From: an uncultured Thermoplasmata archaeon
GTDB lineage: Archaea; Thermoplasmatota; Thermoplasmata; UBA10834
NCBI GenBank assembly: GCA_963719945.1
Contig: CAVRDX010000001.1
Location: 842,199 to 906,198, forward strand
Direction of reading: 5' to 3'
Length of the DNA stretch: 64,000 nt
Part shown: piece by piece, positions 10,761 through 20,029 of the stretch
Numbering within the stretch: the stretch's first letter is position 1
Layout of the letters: each line of letters opens with the position of its first letter
Position numbers and translations under genes: made by a program
The notes under the pieces: generated by a model
Told to the model about the DNA's origin: nothing
Databases searched by the model: none
Seen by the model: the letters and a program-made list of their open reading frames with translations, nothing else

Positions 10761-11183
10761 ATGACTGTTTTTTCGGACAGGATCAAGCTGCAGACCAAGG
10801 CTCGCGACGACATCGTCGACATCACGGGTAGCGTGCAGGAGATCGTTACGGAGTCCAAGGTATCGGATGGCTTGGTGTGCGTGTTCGTCGCAGGCTCCAC
10901 CGCCGCCATAACCACGATAGAATATGAGCCTGGATTGGTCATGGACATCCATAAGGCGATGGACAGGCTGTACCCCAAGGACGAGGAATACGAGCATCAC
11001 AACCGATGGGGTGACGGCAACGGACATTCGCACGTTAGGGCGTCATTCATGGGACCGTCGTTGACGGTCCCAGTCGAGGACGGGAAGCTCATACTCGGGA
11101 CCTGGCAGCAGATCGTTTTCCTTGAGCTGGATGTGAGGGCCAGAACAAGGGAGATCGTCGTCAAGGTTCTAGGAGAACCTTGA
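10761..11183 (+). CDS. YjbQ/UPF0047 family protein
   Basis: GSTAAITTIE, NGHSH, LGTWQQI motifs. Confidence 0.92.
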   Translation: MTVFSDRIKLQTKARDDIVDITGSVQEIVTESKVSDGLVCVFVAGSTAAITTIEYEPGLVMDIHKAMDRLYPKDEEYEHHNRWGDGNGHSHVRASFMGPSLTVPVEDGKLILGTWQQIVFLELDVRARTREIVVKVLGEP

Positions 11184-11241
11184 AGTCGACCATTTCGACA
11201 TGGGCGCAAGCATATTATAGATGAGACCGTTGGCCTGCACT

Positions 11242-12477
11242 ATGCCGATCGAGTGTGAATTCCTGGGCGGTGGCGATGAGGTCGGAAGGCTCGGGATATA
11301 TCTGAAGAAGGAAGGAGCGCGCATGCTCTTCGACTACGGCATGACGGCGGCGGACCCGCCGAAATACCCGAAGCCTGCGCCACCGATCGACCGTGTATTC
11401 CTGACACACTCGCATCTGGACCATTGCGGTATGATACCGTGGCTGACAGCACGATACGACATCGACATAACTGCCACCAGGGCGTCCAAGATGGTCGGTC
11501 AGCTCCTTATGGAGGACAGTATCAAGGTCGCTGCTTCCGAAGGGTACCCGGAGATGTACGGGAAGGGCGAGGTCAGGATCGCATCTAGGAGATTCAACGA
11601 CATCACTTTCGGAGAGGAGGTGGTCGTCGGTTCCACTCATATCACCGCGCACACGGCCGGACACATCCCGGGTGCGACCATGTACGAGATAAGCGGCAAG
11701 AGGACCACGCTCGTGACAGGTGACCTCCACACGATCGACACCCGCCTGGTGGGCGGAGCGAAACCCGTCAAATGCGACAACCTCATCATGGAATCCACCT
11801 ACTCGGGCAGGAACCATCCGAACAGGAACAAGACGGAGTACGAGTTCATCAAGAAAGTCCACGAGGTCGTAGACCGGGGAGGGAAGGCGATCGTGCCTTC
11901 GTTCGCGGTCGGCAGGACCCAGGAGATACTATTGCTCCTGAAGGACAGCAAGCTCGAATACTGGCTCGACGGCATGGGCAAGTCCGTGAACAGTATCTAC
12001 CTCGACAACCCCGAATATGTGAAGTCGGTCAAGAGGCTGAGACAGGCGATCACGAGGACCAACGAGGTCAGGAACTACAAGGCCCGCGAGCGGGCGCACA
12101 AGGGCCAGGTGATCGTGACCACGAGCGGGATGCTAGACGGAGGGCCTGTGCTCGGGTACGTCGAAGGGGTCAGGAGCGATCCGAAGAGCGCCATATTGCT
12201 CACTGGCTATCAGGTCGATGGCAGCAACGGCAGACAGCTGCTGGATACGGGCACGATGGAGTTCCAGGGAGTCACTGAGAAGGTGGCGTGCGAGGTCGTC
12301 AAATTCGATTTCTCTGCCCATGCGGGACACGACGACCTGTTCAAGTTCGCCAAGGAGTGTTCCCCGGAGAAGATAGTCCTGTGCCACGGGGACAACAGGG
12401 AACCGCTCGCTGAGGACCTCACCAAGGAAGGGTTCGAGGTACTTCTCCCGAAGGACGGCGAGAAGTTCAAGCTCTGA
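11242..12477 (+). CDS. beta-CASP metallo-beta-lactamase ribonuclease (aCPSF-like, no KH domains)
   Basis: THSHLDH, AGHIPG, MESTY, FAVGRTQE, SGMLDGG, FSAHA, HGD. Confidence 0.92.
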   Translation: MPIECEFLGGGDEVGRLGIYLKKEGARMLFDYGMTAADPPKYPKPAPPIDRVFLTHSHLDHCGMIPWLTARYDIDITATRASKMVGQLLMEDSIKVAASEGYPEMYGKGEVRIASRRFNDITFGEEVVVGSTHITAHTAGHIPGATMYEISGKRTTLVTGDLHTIDTRLVGGAKPVKCDNLIMESTYSGRNHPNRNKTEYEFIKKVHEVVDRGGKAIVPSFAVGRTQEILLLLKDSKLEYWLDGMGKSVNSIYLDNPEYVKSVKRLRQAITRTNEVRNYKARERAHKGQVIVTTSGMLDGGPVLGYVEGVRSDPKSAILLTGYQVDGSNGRQLLDTGTMEFQGVTEKVACEVVKFDFSAHAGHDDLFKFAKECSPEKIVLCHGDNREPLAEDLTKEGFEVLLPKDGEKFKL

Positions 12478-12526
12478 ACCTATGGATGAAAGGATTATTA
12501 GGGGTCATATCTCTACGACAGAATGC

Positions 12527-13351
12527 ATGAGGTCCAAGATCCACGAATACCTGCGAGAGGACATCGGGTCAGGTGACATCACATCCGAGCTCCTCATACC
12601 CCCGGATCAGAAGGCTCGGGGTAGGATAATCGCGAAGGAGCGGTGCATCCTTGCCGGAGCCGCAGAGGCGTCCGAGGTGTTCAAGGAGCTGGGCGCTAAA
12701 GCAGTGATGCGCAGGAGCGACGGCGCCCCGGTCAAGAAAGGGGATTTCGTGCTGAGCGTGTCTGGGCCTGCGAGGTCCATACTCGCGGGCGAGAGGTTGG
12801 CACTGAACTTCCTGATGAGGATGAGCGGCATAGCCACAGTCACGAATGAGTTGCTGGAGAAATGCCGTGCCAAGAACCCGCACATCAGGATAGCCGCGAC
12901 GAGGAAGACCACGCCTGGGTTCAGGGAGTTCGAGAAGAAAGCAGTGGTCCTCGGAGGCGGCGACCCGCACAGGTTCGGGCTGAGCGATGCGATCCTGATC
13001 AAGGACAACCACATCATGCTGGCAGGTAGTGTCAAGGAAGCGCTCAGGAGAGCCAGGAAATCGAGCTTCACGAAGAAGATCGAGATTGAGGTCGAGAACG
13101 AGAAGGATGCGTTCACTGCGCTGGATGCAGGAGCGGATATCATAATGTTCGACAACTTCTCACCTTCCGATGCGAGAGCCCTGTACATGGTGTTGAAGGA
13201 CAAGTGCCCCGACATAATCATCGAGGCTTCGGGAGGCATGAAGCCAGACAACATAGCGCTCTACGCGGACGCCGCGGACATCATATCCGTTGGCTGGTTG
13301 ACCCACTCCGTCAGATCCATAGACTTCTCGATGTCCGTCGAGAAGGTATAG
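12527..13351 (+). CDS. nadC: Nicotinate-nucleotide pyrophosphorylase (quinolinate phosphoribosyltransferase)
   Basis: TRKTTPG, HRFGLSD, IKDNH, EIEVE, DIIMFDN, EASGG. Confidence 0.96.
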   Translation: MRSKIHEYLREDIGSGDITSELLIPPDQKARGRIIAKERCILAGAAEASEVFKELGAKAVMRRSDGAPVKKGDFVLSVSGPARSILAGERLALNFLMRMSGIATVTNELLEKCRAKNPHIRIAATRKTTPGFREFEKKAVVLGGGDPHRFGLSDAILIKDNHIMLAGSVKEALRRARKSSFTKKIEIEVENEKDAFTALDAGADIIMFDNFSPSDARALYMVLKDKCPDIIIEASGGMKPDNIALYADAADIISVGWLTHSVRSIDFSMSVEKV

Positions 13352-13400
13352 CACAGAGCACAGGTTTTTCTAGACGCCGATTGCTCCATGTAGTGTTAGC

Positions 13401-14099
13401 ATGGATGCGAAACAGGCATGGGGAGCGTTCTCCCTGATACTCGTCCTAGCGGTGGTCACTGTCGCAGCCATGCTCATCAGCACAGGACGCAACTCATATC
13501 AGATATCCGCGTTCGCAGCCATCGTGTTGATGGTATACCTCTACATATTGTACAAGAGGTACCACATCGAGGTCGTGACCGAGGGTGATGTCCTCCTGTT
13601 CAACGATGAGGACGACCTGAAGATCCTGTGCGAGATATACGGACTAGGTGATTCCGGCAGAGCATACATAAACAGACAAAGGCTGCGCAATTTCGCGAGG
13701 GAGAACAAGGACACGGACTTCGTCTGGATAGCTCCCGGGTTCGTACATTCATTCAGCTCGGCGCTGGAGGTCGAGTTGCCCGCAGAAGAGGCGAAGGAAC
13801 TCAGCGTGCCCGATCTGATCAAGCGGCTGGTGTCGGATGCGCCATCCAAGGACAGGCTCACGAGTCCCCTCACATGGGGTGTATCCAGGGATTCCAAGAG
13901 ACTGTCGACCATTGATTCCTGTCCGGTCTGCGAGGCCGATGTGAAAGGATCGACCGGAGTATGCAAGGAATGCGGCGCAGACCTCGAATTCTATTCGGTC
14001 CTGGCGGAGTCGAAGCTGGGCAGAAGGCTCCTGTCGGCGAAGGCAGTGGCGGGCAAGAGGAAGCTTAGATATTCGGTCGCCATGATACCGGACAAGTGA
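13401..14099 (+). CDS. Hypothetical 2-TM protein with C-terminal zinc ribbon
   Basis: Two N-terminal hydrophobic helices; CPVC...CKECG. Confidence 0.7.
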   Translation: MDAKQAWGAFSLILVLAVVTVAAMLISTGRNSYQISAFAAIVLMVYLYILYKRYHIEVVTEGDVLLFNDEDDLKILCEIYGLGDSGRAYINRQRLRNFARENKDTDFVWIAPGFVHSFSSALEVELPAEEAKELSVPDLIKRLVSDAPSKDRLTSPLTWGVSRDSKRLSTIDSCPVCEADVKGSTGVCKECGADLEFYSVLAESKLGRRLLSAKAVAGKRKLRYSVAMIPDK

Positions 14100-14111
14100 G
14101 GAGGCAGGCAG

Positions 14112-14285
14112 TTGATCAAGGACGAGACTTGTCAGATATGCGGGAAGCCAGCAAAGAGATTCCTGTTCGCAGCCTTCGTTTGCGATGACGAGAAATGCAT
14201 CGAGAAGGCTCGCATTGATAGAGGAGGACCAGGCGGCCATAAGAAGCAGGATTTCCTGAAATTCTCGCGAGACGATAAGTGCTGA
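14112..14285 (+). CDS. Small Cys-rich protein (57 aa), not in ORF track
   Basis: SD GAGGAGG then TTG; MIKDETCQICGKPAKRFLFAAFVCDDEKCIEKARIDRGGPGGHKKQDFLKFSRDDKC. Confidence 0.65.
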   Translation: MIKDETCQICGKPAKRFLFAAFVCDDEKCIEKARIDRGGPGGHKKQDFLKFSRDDKC

Positions 14286-14331
14286 CTGCGCCTGGAGAAG
14301 TATTATACGACTATCATCATTCCCTGGACCC

Positions 14332-15489
14332 ATGAAGGGAAGTGCATTTGCGGGTCTCATGTTGATCGAGACCATGCTCGCATTCGGCAACACGTTTGCC
14401 GCATCCTTCAGCATGATCTACCTCTACAACGAGCTCGATATGCCCTTGTGGTCTGGGCCGATCTACATCTGCCTGGGCTTCGCGATATCCGCAGTCATCA
14501 GCCTCTGGATGTCGCGTAGGCCGAGGATGGATCCGAGGAACGCCATAATATTCGCGCTCGCTTGGCTGATAATAGAATACTCGCTCTTCCTAGTGGTCCA
14601 TAACGGCTGGATGATCGGCCTGCTCGTGGGCATAGCCTTCGGGATATACTATCCGTTCTTCTGGACGCCCATCAACATGCTGATGGCGCAGATGACCGAG
14701 AAGAACGACCGAGGGGTGAAGTACGGCGCGTTCTTCTTCGTCTGGCCCCTGGCAGGATTCATAGCTCCACTCCTTGGCGGCATCGTGATCAGCTTATGGA
14801 ACTACAGGATCCTGTACCTGGTCGGAATCGCGATCATATCGTTGACGGCACTGCTCGTGGTCGCGTATAGGAACCATATACCAAAGGACCAGGTCATGAA
14901 GATACGAATGGAGGCTGTCGGGCGCAGGAATGTCATCGCACTCATCGGCGAGGGGGGGTTCGAAGGGATATTCTGGATAGATGTCACGCTCGTAGCCTAC
15001 ATGTTCTCCCAGGACGAGGTCTCGCTTGGAGCGCTGTTCTCCCTATTCGGGCTCTGCGCAGGCATAATGGGAATCATCCAAGGGAAGGTGTCTGATAAGA
15101 TCCAGAACAGGTCATTCTTCCTGAAGCTGAGCGTGATCGGTTCGATCCCGTGCATCTTATTGATAGCGTTGGTGACCAACATGGACGAGTTCATCCTGGC
15201 AAACGGACTCCTCGAGTTCGCATGCTTCGTCCTCCCGGTCTTCATGTTCGCGATACTGACGGACACCATGGAAGATAAGAAGAACGATTCAGTCATCACC
15301 AGGGAATACATACTCGACATCGCAAGGGCAGGGGCCATAGGACTCCTGATGCTGGTGATCTACCTTGGAGTCTCACCGCAGGAGGCATTCCTTCTCGCCA
15401 TACCGTTCCTGATACTCATGCTTCTCGCGAAGGAGAAGAAGAAACATGAAGAGACGGCTCATGAGAGTATCATCGACAAGAACCAGTAG
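14332..15489 (+). CDS. MFS transporter
   Basis: About 12 hydrophobic segments, GKVSDKI loop motif, IAPLLGG. Confidence 0.85.
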   Translation: MKGSAFAGLMLIETMLAFGNTFAASFSMIYLYNELDMPLWSGPIYICLGFAISAVISLWMSRRPRMDPRNAIIFALAWLIIEYSLFLVVHNGWMIGLLVGIAFGIYYPFFWTPINMLMAQMTEKNDRGVKYGAFFFVWPLAGFIAPLLGGIVISLWNYRILYLVGIAIISLTALLVVAYRNHIPKDQVMKIRMEAVGRRNVIALIGEGGFEGIFWIDVTLVAYMFSQDEVSLGALFSLFGLCAGIMGIIQGKVSDKIQNRSFFLKLSVIGSIPCILLIALVTNMDEFILANGLLEFACFVLPVFMFAILTDTMEDKKNDSVITREYILDIARAGAIGLLMLVIYLGVSPQEAFLLAIPFLILMLLAKEKKKHEETAHESIIDKNQ

Positions 15490-15944
15490 CCCAAGACGAC
15501 GAATATTCCGGTGACGATTATTCCGACAGCCGCTGCCCACTTGCCGAAATCGTCTCTGATGAGGTCGTCACCCGCGAGCATGAACATCGGACTCAGTATT
15601 ATGTCTGGACGGTCGAGCGTTGTGAGCATACGTGGGTCCGATCCATAGGTCTTAACATACCTCTTCTTGAAGCCCACGAACCGGTAGTACATGCCCCACG
15701 AGAACGCGATGAAACCCAGCAGTACGAACACCACGGACATCGTCTCGCTGTCCAGTATCATCGCGATTATCGACAGGAAGAAGCCGACGAAGAGCGCAGC
15801 GATGCCTAGAGCGAAGGCGACTATGCCTATCGCCCTGTTCTGCATGAGAAGGAAGTGCCGTGGGTCCACTGGCCTCTGGTTTCTGGAACGGTTGATGGCC
15901 CGATCGGACGGGCGATCCCCTGGTGGTGGCGATGTCTCGGTCAT
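15459..15944 (-). CDS. Hypothetical membrane protein (3 TM)
   Basis: Three hydrophobic segments. Confidence 0.6.
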   Translation of the reverse strand: MTETSPPPGDRPSDRAINRSRNQRPVDPRHFLLMQNRAIGIVAFALGIAALFVGFFLSIIAMILDSETMSVVFVLLGFIAFSWGMYYRFVGFKKRYVKTYGSDPRMLTTLDRPDIILSPMFMLAGDDLIRDDFGKWAAAVGIIVTGIFVVLGYWFLSMILS

Positions 15945-15951
15945 GAACTCA

Positions 15952-17172
15952 TCAATCCTTGCAGGCCGATGCGACCAGCTCCATGAGATCGGTCATCTTG
16001 AGCCTGGAACCTCTTGCGTCAATCGAGGTCTTCAGGCTCTGATAACAGAACGGGCAAGAAGTGGTCAGAATATCCGCACCAGACGCCTCGGCATCGTCTG
16101 TGCGCAGGTCAGATATCTTCTGCGCGAGGTCTGGAAATGCGGTCTTGACGCCGCCACCGGCTCCGCAGCATCTCGACTCCGATCTGTTCCGCTCCATCTC
16201 GACGAGCTCGAGCCCGGGCACATATCTCAGGATCCTCCTCGGCTCCTCGTACAATCCGTTGTGTCGGCCGAGGTGACATGGATCGTGGAATGTCACCTTC
16301 TGATCGATCCTCTTGTCGAGCACCAGCTTTCCGGAATCGAGCAGCTCGTTCACCATCTCGGTTATGTGCATCACCTTCGGCTGCACCTTGCCGATCTTCG
16401 GATAATCCTGACGGATAGTCTTGTAGCACCCAGCACAACTCGTGACGATGATGCTCGGAGAGGCCCTCTCGAACATCTCGATGTTCTTCTCGGCCATCTT
16501 GCGCGCATTGTCGATCAAACCTGTCCTCAGAAGAGTGGAGCCGCAGCATCCTTCCTCGTTTCCGAGGGTCCCGAAATCAACCTTCGCCTTGGAGAGTATG
16601 CGCGCCGTGTTGAGAGCCATCTCCTTGATGTTGGGATCATAGGCTGCCGTGCACCCAACGAAGTAGAGCACCTCGCACTTCTCCTTCAATACATCCTTGA
16701 CCTTGATATCCTTCTCGAGTCGACGAGCCCACCGGGAACGCTGAGTCCTGGGCTGCATCCACGGATTATCGTAGTTCTCGATGCTCTTAATCAACTGGTC
16801 ATGCTCGGGCATAGGTCCGAGACCGTTATGGACCAAGAACTCCCGCATGTTCTCCCACATCTCGATAGTATCCAGATGCGCCGGACACACCGTCTTGCAC
16901 TGCCCGCAAATCGTGCACTCATATGCTCGCTTGGATAATTCGGCCAATTGATCCTGAGGTATCTCCTTCGGACCGAACAACTTGGCCTTCAGCCCGTACT
17001 GCGCTTTGTAGAACTCCCTGAGCCTCAGTATCTTGCCCCTCGGCGTGACGAACTCGTCCTCCTGCGCTTCACCGCCCGTGGGGCATGTGGTCGTGCACTC
17101 GCCGCACCGAGTGCACGCATCGTACCTGATGAGCGAGAGCACATCCAGCTTGGATATGTCCAGCTCCTTCAT
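15952..17172 (-). CDS. HdrD/GlpC-like Fe-S oxidoreductase (2x[4Fe-4S] plus two CCG domains)
   Basis: CTRCGECTTTCP, CTICGQCKTVCP, GC..CCG..SCAGC, HDPC..CCGAGGG..SCPFC; start MKELD overlaps the upstream stop. Confidence 0.9.
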   Translation of the reverse strand: MKELDISKLDVLSLIRYDACTRCGECTTTCPTGGEAQEDEFVTPRGKILRLREFYKAQYGLKAKLFGPKEIPQDQLAELSKRAYECTICGQCKTVCPAHLDTIEMWENMREFLVHNGLGPMPEHDQLIKSIENYDNPWMQPRTQRSRWARRLEKDIKVKDVLKEKCEVLYFVGCTAAYDPNIKEMALNTARILSKAKVDFGTLGNEEGCCGSTLLRTGLIDNARKMAEKNIEMFERASPSIIVTSCAGCYKTIRQDYPKIGKVQPKVMHITEMVNELLDSGKLVLDKRIDQKVTFHDPCHLGRHNGLYEEPRRILRYVPGLELVEMERNRSESRCCGAGGGVKTAFPDLAQKISDLRTDDAEASGADILTTSCPFCYQSLKTSIDARGSRLKMTDLMELVASACKD

Positions 17173-18083
17173 GCGCTCCCCTCCTTGTCGGTCATCATGC
17201 GTTCCAGTTCGATCGCGATCGGGGTCGCGATCATGTGGAAGAGCTTGCTGAACGGTATGTAGGCGATCAGGAGGGCGCTCATCACACCATGCACGAGCCA
17301 CGCAGCATCGTACCAGTCACCGCTCGAAGCTGGCACCAACAACGAGAACGCATACCCGACGAACGAGTATTCTACATTCTGGTCATGGCCAGGTATGCCA
17401 CCTGCAATACCCATGCCTTCGAGTATGAACCCACCCAGAACGACTGCTAACAGGAACAGGATTGATGCGGCGTCGGGAAGCTCGGTCCTCACAATCTTGG
17501 GCTTCAGAATCGACCGTCGGATAGCTGCCAGGACCAGGCCGATAAGCATCATCAGACCTACGAGGTCGAAGCCGAAGTCACGCAGCCATAGTTTGGCCCA
17601 GCCAGTCTCGTCAATCATAGGTTGATATCTTAGGATGTCCAGCGAGAATGTGACTATGAGATCGAGAATGAACATTAGTATGAATCCGCCCAGGATCATG
17701 ATGTGCATGAACCATCGTGAGACGCTCCTTTCCTTCAGCTTGGACAGATAGAGAGCATCCATCAGGAGAGAGCGCGTGGCCTTCATCAAGCGGCCGTGAA
17801 CCAAGGAGACAATGGCGAGCTTGGCGAATCCCATGAGCCTACGCTCGGGAGTGGTGGTCAGACCTTTTCCTCGCATCCACATGAGGAAGTTGTAGAGAGT
17901 GCCGAGCAAGAACACCACGACGCTCAGCACTATCACGACAAGGAACAGGGACAGGTAGGTCCGGTCGCGTACGTACACCGTCTCGTACGGCAGGAGAAGG
18001 ATCACGGCGCAAAGCAGCACGATGAATGAGAAGAACGGCACGTACAGAGTCGCCCTCTCGCTCAGGTATCCGTCCGTTGCCAT
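17169..18083 (-). CDS. HdrE/NarI/DsrM-like heme b membrane subunit
   Basis: Multiple TMs, RWFMH, WLVH and IPFSKLFH His motifs; coupled to the HdrD-like gene. Confidence 0.85.
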   Translation of the reverse strand: MATDGYLSERATLYVPFFSFIVLLCAVILLLPYETVYVRDRTYLSLFLVVIVLSVVVFLLGTLYNFLMWMRGKGLTTTPERRLMGFAKLAIVSLVHGRLMKATRSLLMDALYLSKLKERSVSRWFMHIMILGGFILMFILDLIVTFSLDILRYQPMIDETGWAKLWLRDFGFDLVGLMMLIGLVLAAIRRSILKPKIVRTELPDAASILFLLAVVLGGFILEGMGIAGGIPGHDQNVEYSFVGYAFSLLVPASSGDWYDAAWLVHGVMSALLIAYIPFSKLFHMIATPIAIELERMMTDKEGSA

Positions 18084-18118
18084 CGCGGCTCTAATCAGAT
18101 TCGGGCGATATATATTCG

Positions 18119-19213
18119 TTACCTTCTGGAGGAGAAGTGCTCGTTGACCGTCAGTCTTGCGGCCTCGACCAGGTTCGACGGGGCGCTTTCGACCTCCTGC
18201 GCGTTGCTTGATGACGATTCGAGTATCTCGTCTCTGGCGATCCCAAGGAGACTGTCGACCCGATCTGATACGGATCCATCGATACTTGCTTTCCTGATCT
18301 CGATCGCATTGAGGAGTTCCATGAGTCGGCCGCCGTCCCACAACTTCGAACCGACGACGAACGACCTATGCTCGAGGCCCAGAATGGCCACTTTAAGATC
18401 GGCGATCGATCTGTCAAGATTCGTCTTCCGTTGCTCATGGGTACGAGTCGATTTGTCATTACCAGCCATGTGCATAAGGTCGAGCATGACATCGTTCGCT
18501 TCCGGGAAATCGGGATGCTCGAGATGAGGCCCGAGCAATAACAGCTCTCCTGATCCGAAGCGGCATCTTATGACGGCAGGTGCGCGGTCCAATACATTTC
18601 TCACCTCGTCATGCGACATATTCATCGTGGCTTGCTCTGCCATTCCAGCATATCTGATCAAGACTTCGTCATCATCCGGCTCAGTGAATACCGGTCCTCC
18701 GTACAATGGGGCGACCATCGAAGAGCCGTTTATGTCCAATAGGACACTTCCCCGTACAGGATGGAATATGCTGCAGCTTCCGTATCGCACGGCATATCTC
18801 GTAGTCGATGATTCGGCCATAGAAATGCCAGGTCGGATGTTGGTGATCCTGGTCTTCGAGATGTTGAACTGCTGAAATGGGGGTATCGAAGAGGGCAGCG
18901 GAAGATAGGCGCCCGCGCATATGCCTATGTACTGACCGCCGCTTCGGATGAATCCCTTCAGGTTTGAGAAACCTTTGCCGTTGAGGGCTTCCGCGATCTC
19001 AAAGCCGTCGCCCCCGGATATGATCACTCTCGAATAGGAACCTTCGATATCGCGCTGAAGATCGCTCTCGCTCGCGAACACTACGTTGAATATACCGCGA
19101 TTCTCGAACAGGTCCGCGAGCCATGTCCAAGAGTGCGAGGAACCCGAGCCCGCGTAGACCATTGTGCTGCGACTATTCCTGGGCACGAACACCGAAATGC
19201 TCCCTGGGCCCAT
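18119..19213 (-). CDS. BPL-N domain (class I glutamine amidotransferase-like) protein
   Basis: ISGGDG, GGQYIGICAGAY nucleophile elbow, YGGP, GPHLE; start uncertain. Confidence 0.8.
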   Translation of the reverse strand: MGPGSISVFVPRNSRSTMVYAGSGSSHSWTWLADLFENRGIFNVVFASESDLQRDIEGSYSRVIISGGDGFEIAEALNGKGFSNLKGFIRSGGQYIGICAGAYLPLPSSIPPFQQFNISKTRITNIRPGISMAESSTTRYAVRYGSCSIFHPVRGSVLLDINGSSMVAPLYGGPVFTEPDDDEVLIRYAGMAEQATMNMSHDEVRNVLDRAPAVIRCRFGSGELLLLGPHLEHPDFPEANDVMLDLMHMAGNDKSTRTHEQRKTNLDRSIADLKVAILGLEHRSFVVGSKLWDGGRLMELLNAIEIRKASIDGSVSDRVDSLLGIARDEILESSSSNAQEVESAPSNLVEAARLTVNEHFSSRR

Positions 19214-19294
19214 AAAGGGAGCGCAGAACACTGGCCCGAGCTTGGGGGCATAGAAAGTGTTATAGAACCCCTTGCCTTATCTCGCTCCCCACAA

Positions 19295-19395
19295 GGGCCC
19301 ATGGTCTAGCGGTTATGACACCTGCTTGACATCGCTTTTCCTCCGGGAAGGCGTCAAATTGCAGGTAATCACCGGTTCGAATCCGGTTGGGCCCA
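19295..19395 (+). tRNA. tRNA-Val(GAC) with 28-nt intron at position 37/38 (19332-19359)
   Basis: Acceptor GGGCCCA/TGGGCCC, anticodon stem CCTGC/GCAGG, GAC at 19328-19330, TTGAC/GTCAA bulge-helix-bulge pairing, GGTTCGAATCC; CCA not encoded. Confidence 0.95.
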
Positions 19396-19600
19396 CTATC
19401 TTCCTTCTGGCTATTTTCCAATCAGGGTCTTTTTGTACCGGGATATGAACCTTTTCATCGCCTTTCCTCGTGAAATCGATGGTTCAGGTTGCAACGCATG
19501 CAGAACCCGACAGACTGGCTGATTTCTATCGCAGGAAATTGACGACGATCTGGACCCCTTCTCAGCTTCTTTTCCTGCTATTGCTACAGAGGAATTAATG

Positions 19601-19624
19601 GGTGGACCGAAAGGGATTTGAACC
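19601..19624 (-). repeat. tRNA-Ala-like 3' fragment (att-like)
   Basis: Minus strand GGTTCAAATCCCTTTCGGTCCACC = T loop plus acceptor strand with U70; near-identical copy at 59056. Confidence 0.7.
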
Positions 19625-19679
19625 TCTGAAGTGCCAGTGTGTCAAGACTCGGATTCAATCAACGGGGAATTGGCCGGAG

Positions 19680-19862
19680 CTAACCCCCTTTCTTTTCCTT
19701 CAAATTCTTGTTCGGAGTGAAGATTCCAGCAGATGAACTAATCAAACCGATTCCGATAATGCCCACAACAGCTGCCACACCAGGTTCAATCTTACCCATC
19801 AACAATAGCCCTGAAGCGATTCCACAAATCACCAATCCAGTGATGAAAAGAATCTTAATCAT
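19680..19862 (-). CDS. Small 2-TM protein (60 aa)
   Basis: Two hydrophobic helices; preceded by the conserved cassette promoter. Confidence 0.65.
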   Translation of the reverse strand: MIKILFITGLVICGIASGLLLMGKIEPGVAAVVGIIGIGLISSSAGIFTPNKNLKEKKGG

Positions 19863-19882
19863 TGCCAGTCCCTCTCTTGGTC

Positions 19883-19937
19883 GAATCGCCTCAGGTGGTT
19901 TAAGGGTTTCTCCGGAGTCCCGCTCCTATGGCATTTT
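19883..19937 (-). repeat. Cassette arm plus promoter repeat, copy A
   Basis: + strand GAATCGCCTCAGGTGGTTTAAGGGTTTCT...CCGCTCCTATGGCATTTT matches the 59-63 kb copies. Confidence 0.75.
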
Positions 19938-20029
19938 CCGAGGCGAGGCTCAACCCCCCCCCCCCTTCCCTGTTTTCAGAACGGTACGAATTCTTATCTA
20001 TGAAGAACTCGATGAACAAAACGAAGGAA

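Noticed and set aside
15691-16938. Long antisense ORFs (also 8988-10010, 39250-40050, 40341-41141, 51387-52292)
   Set aside because: Shadows of well-supported genes on the opposite strand in GC-rich DNA
19205-19212. TGGGCCCA upstream of tRNA-Val as an att copy
   Set aside because: Only 8 bp, inside a CDS, with no flanking homology
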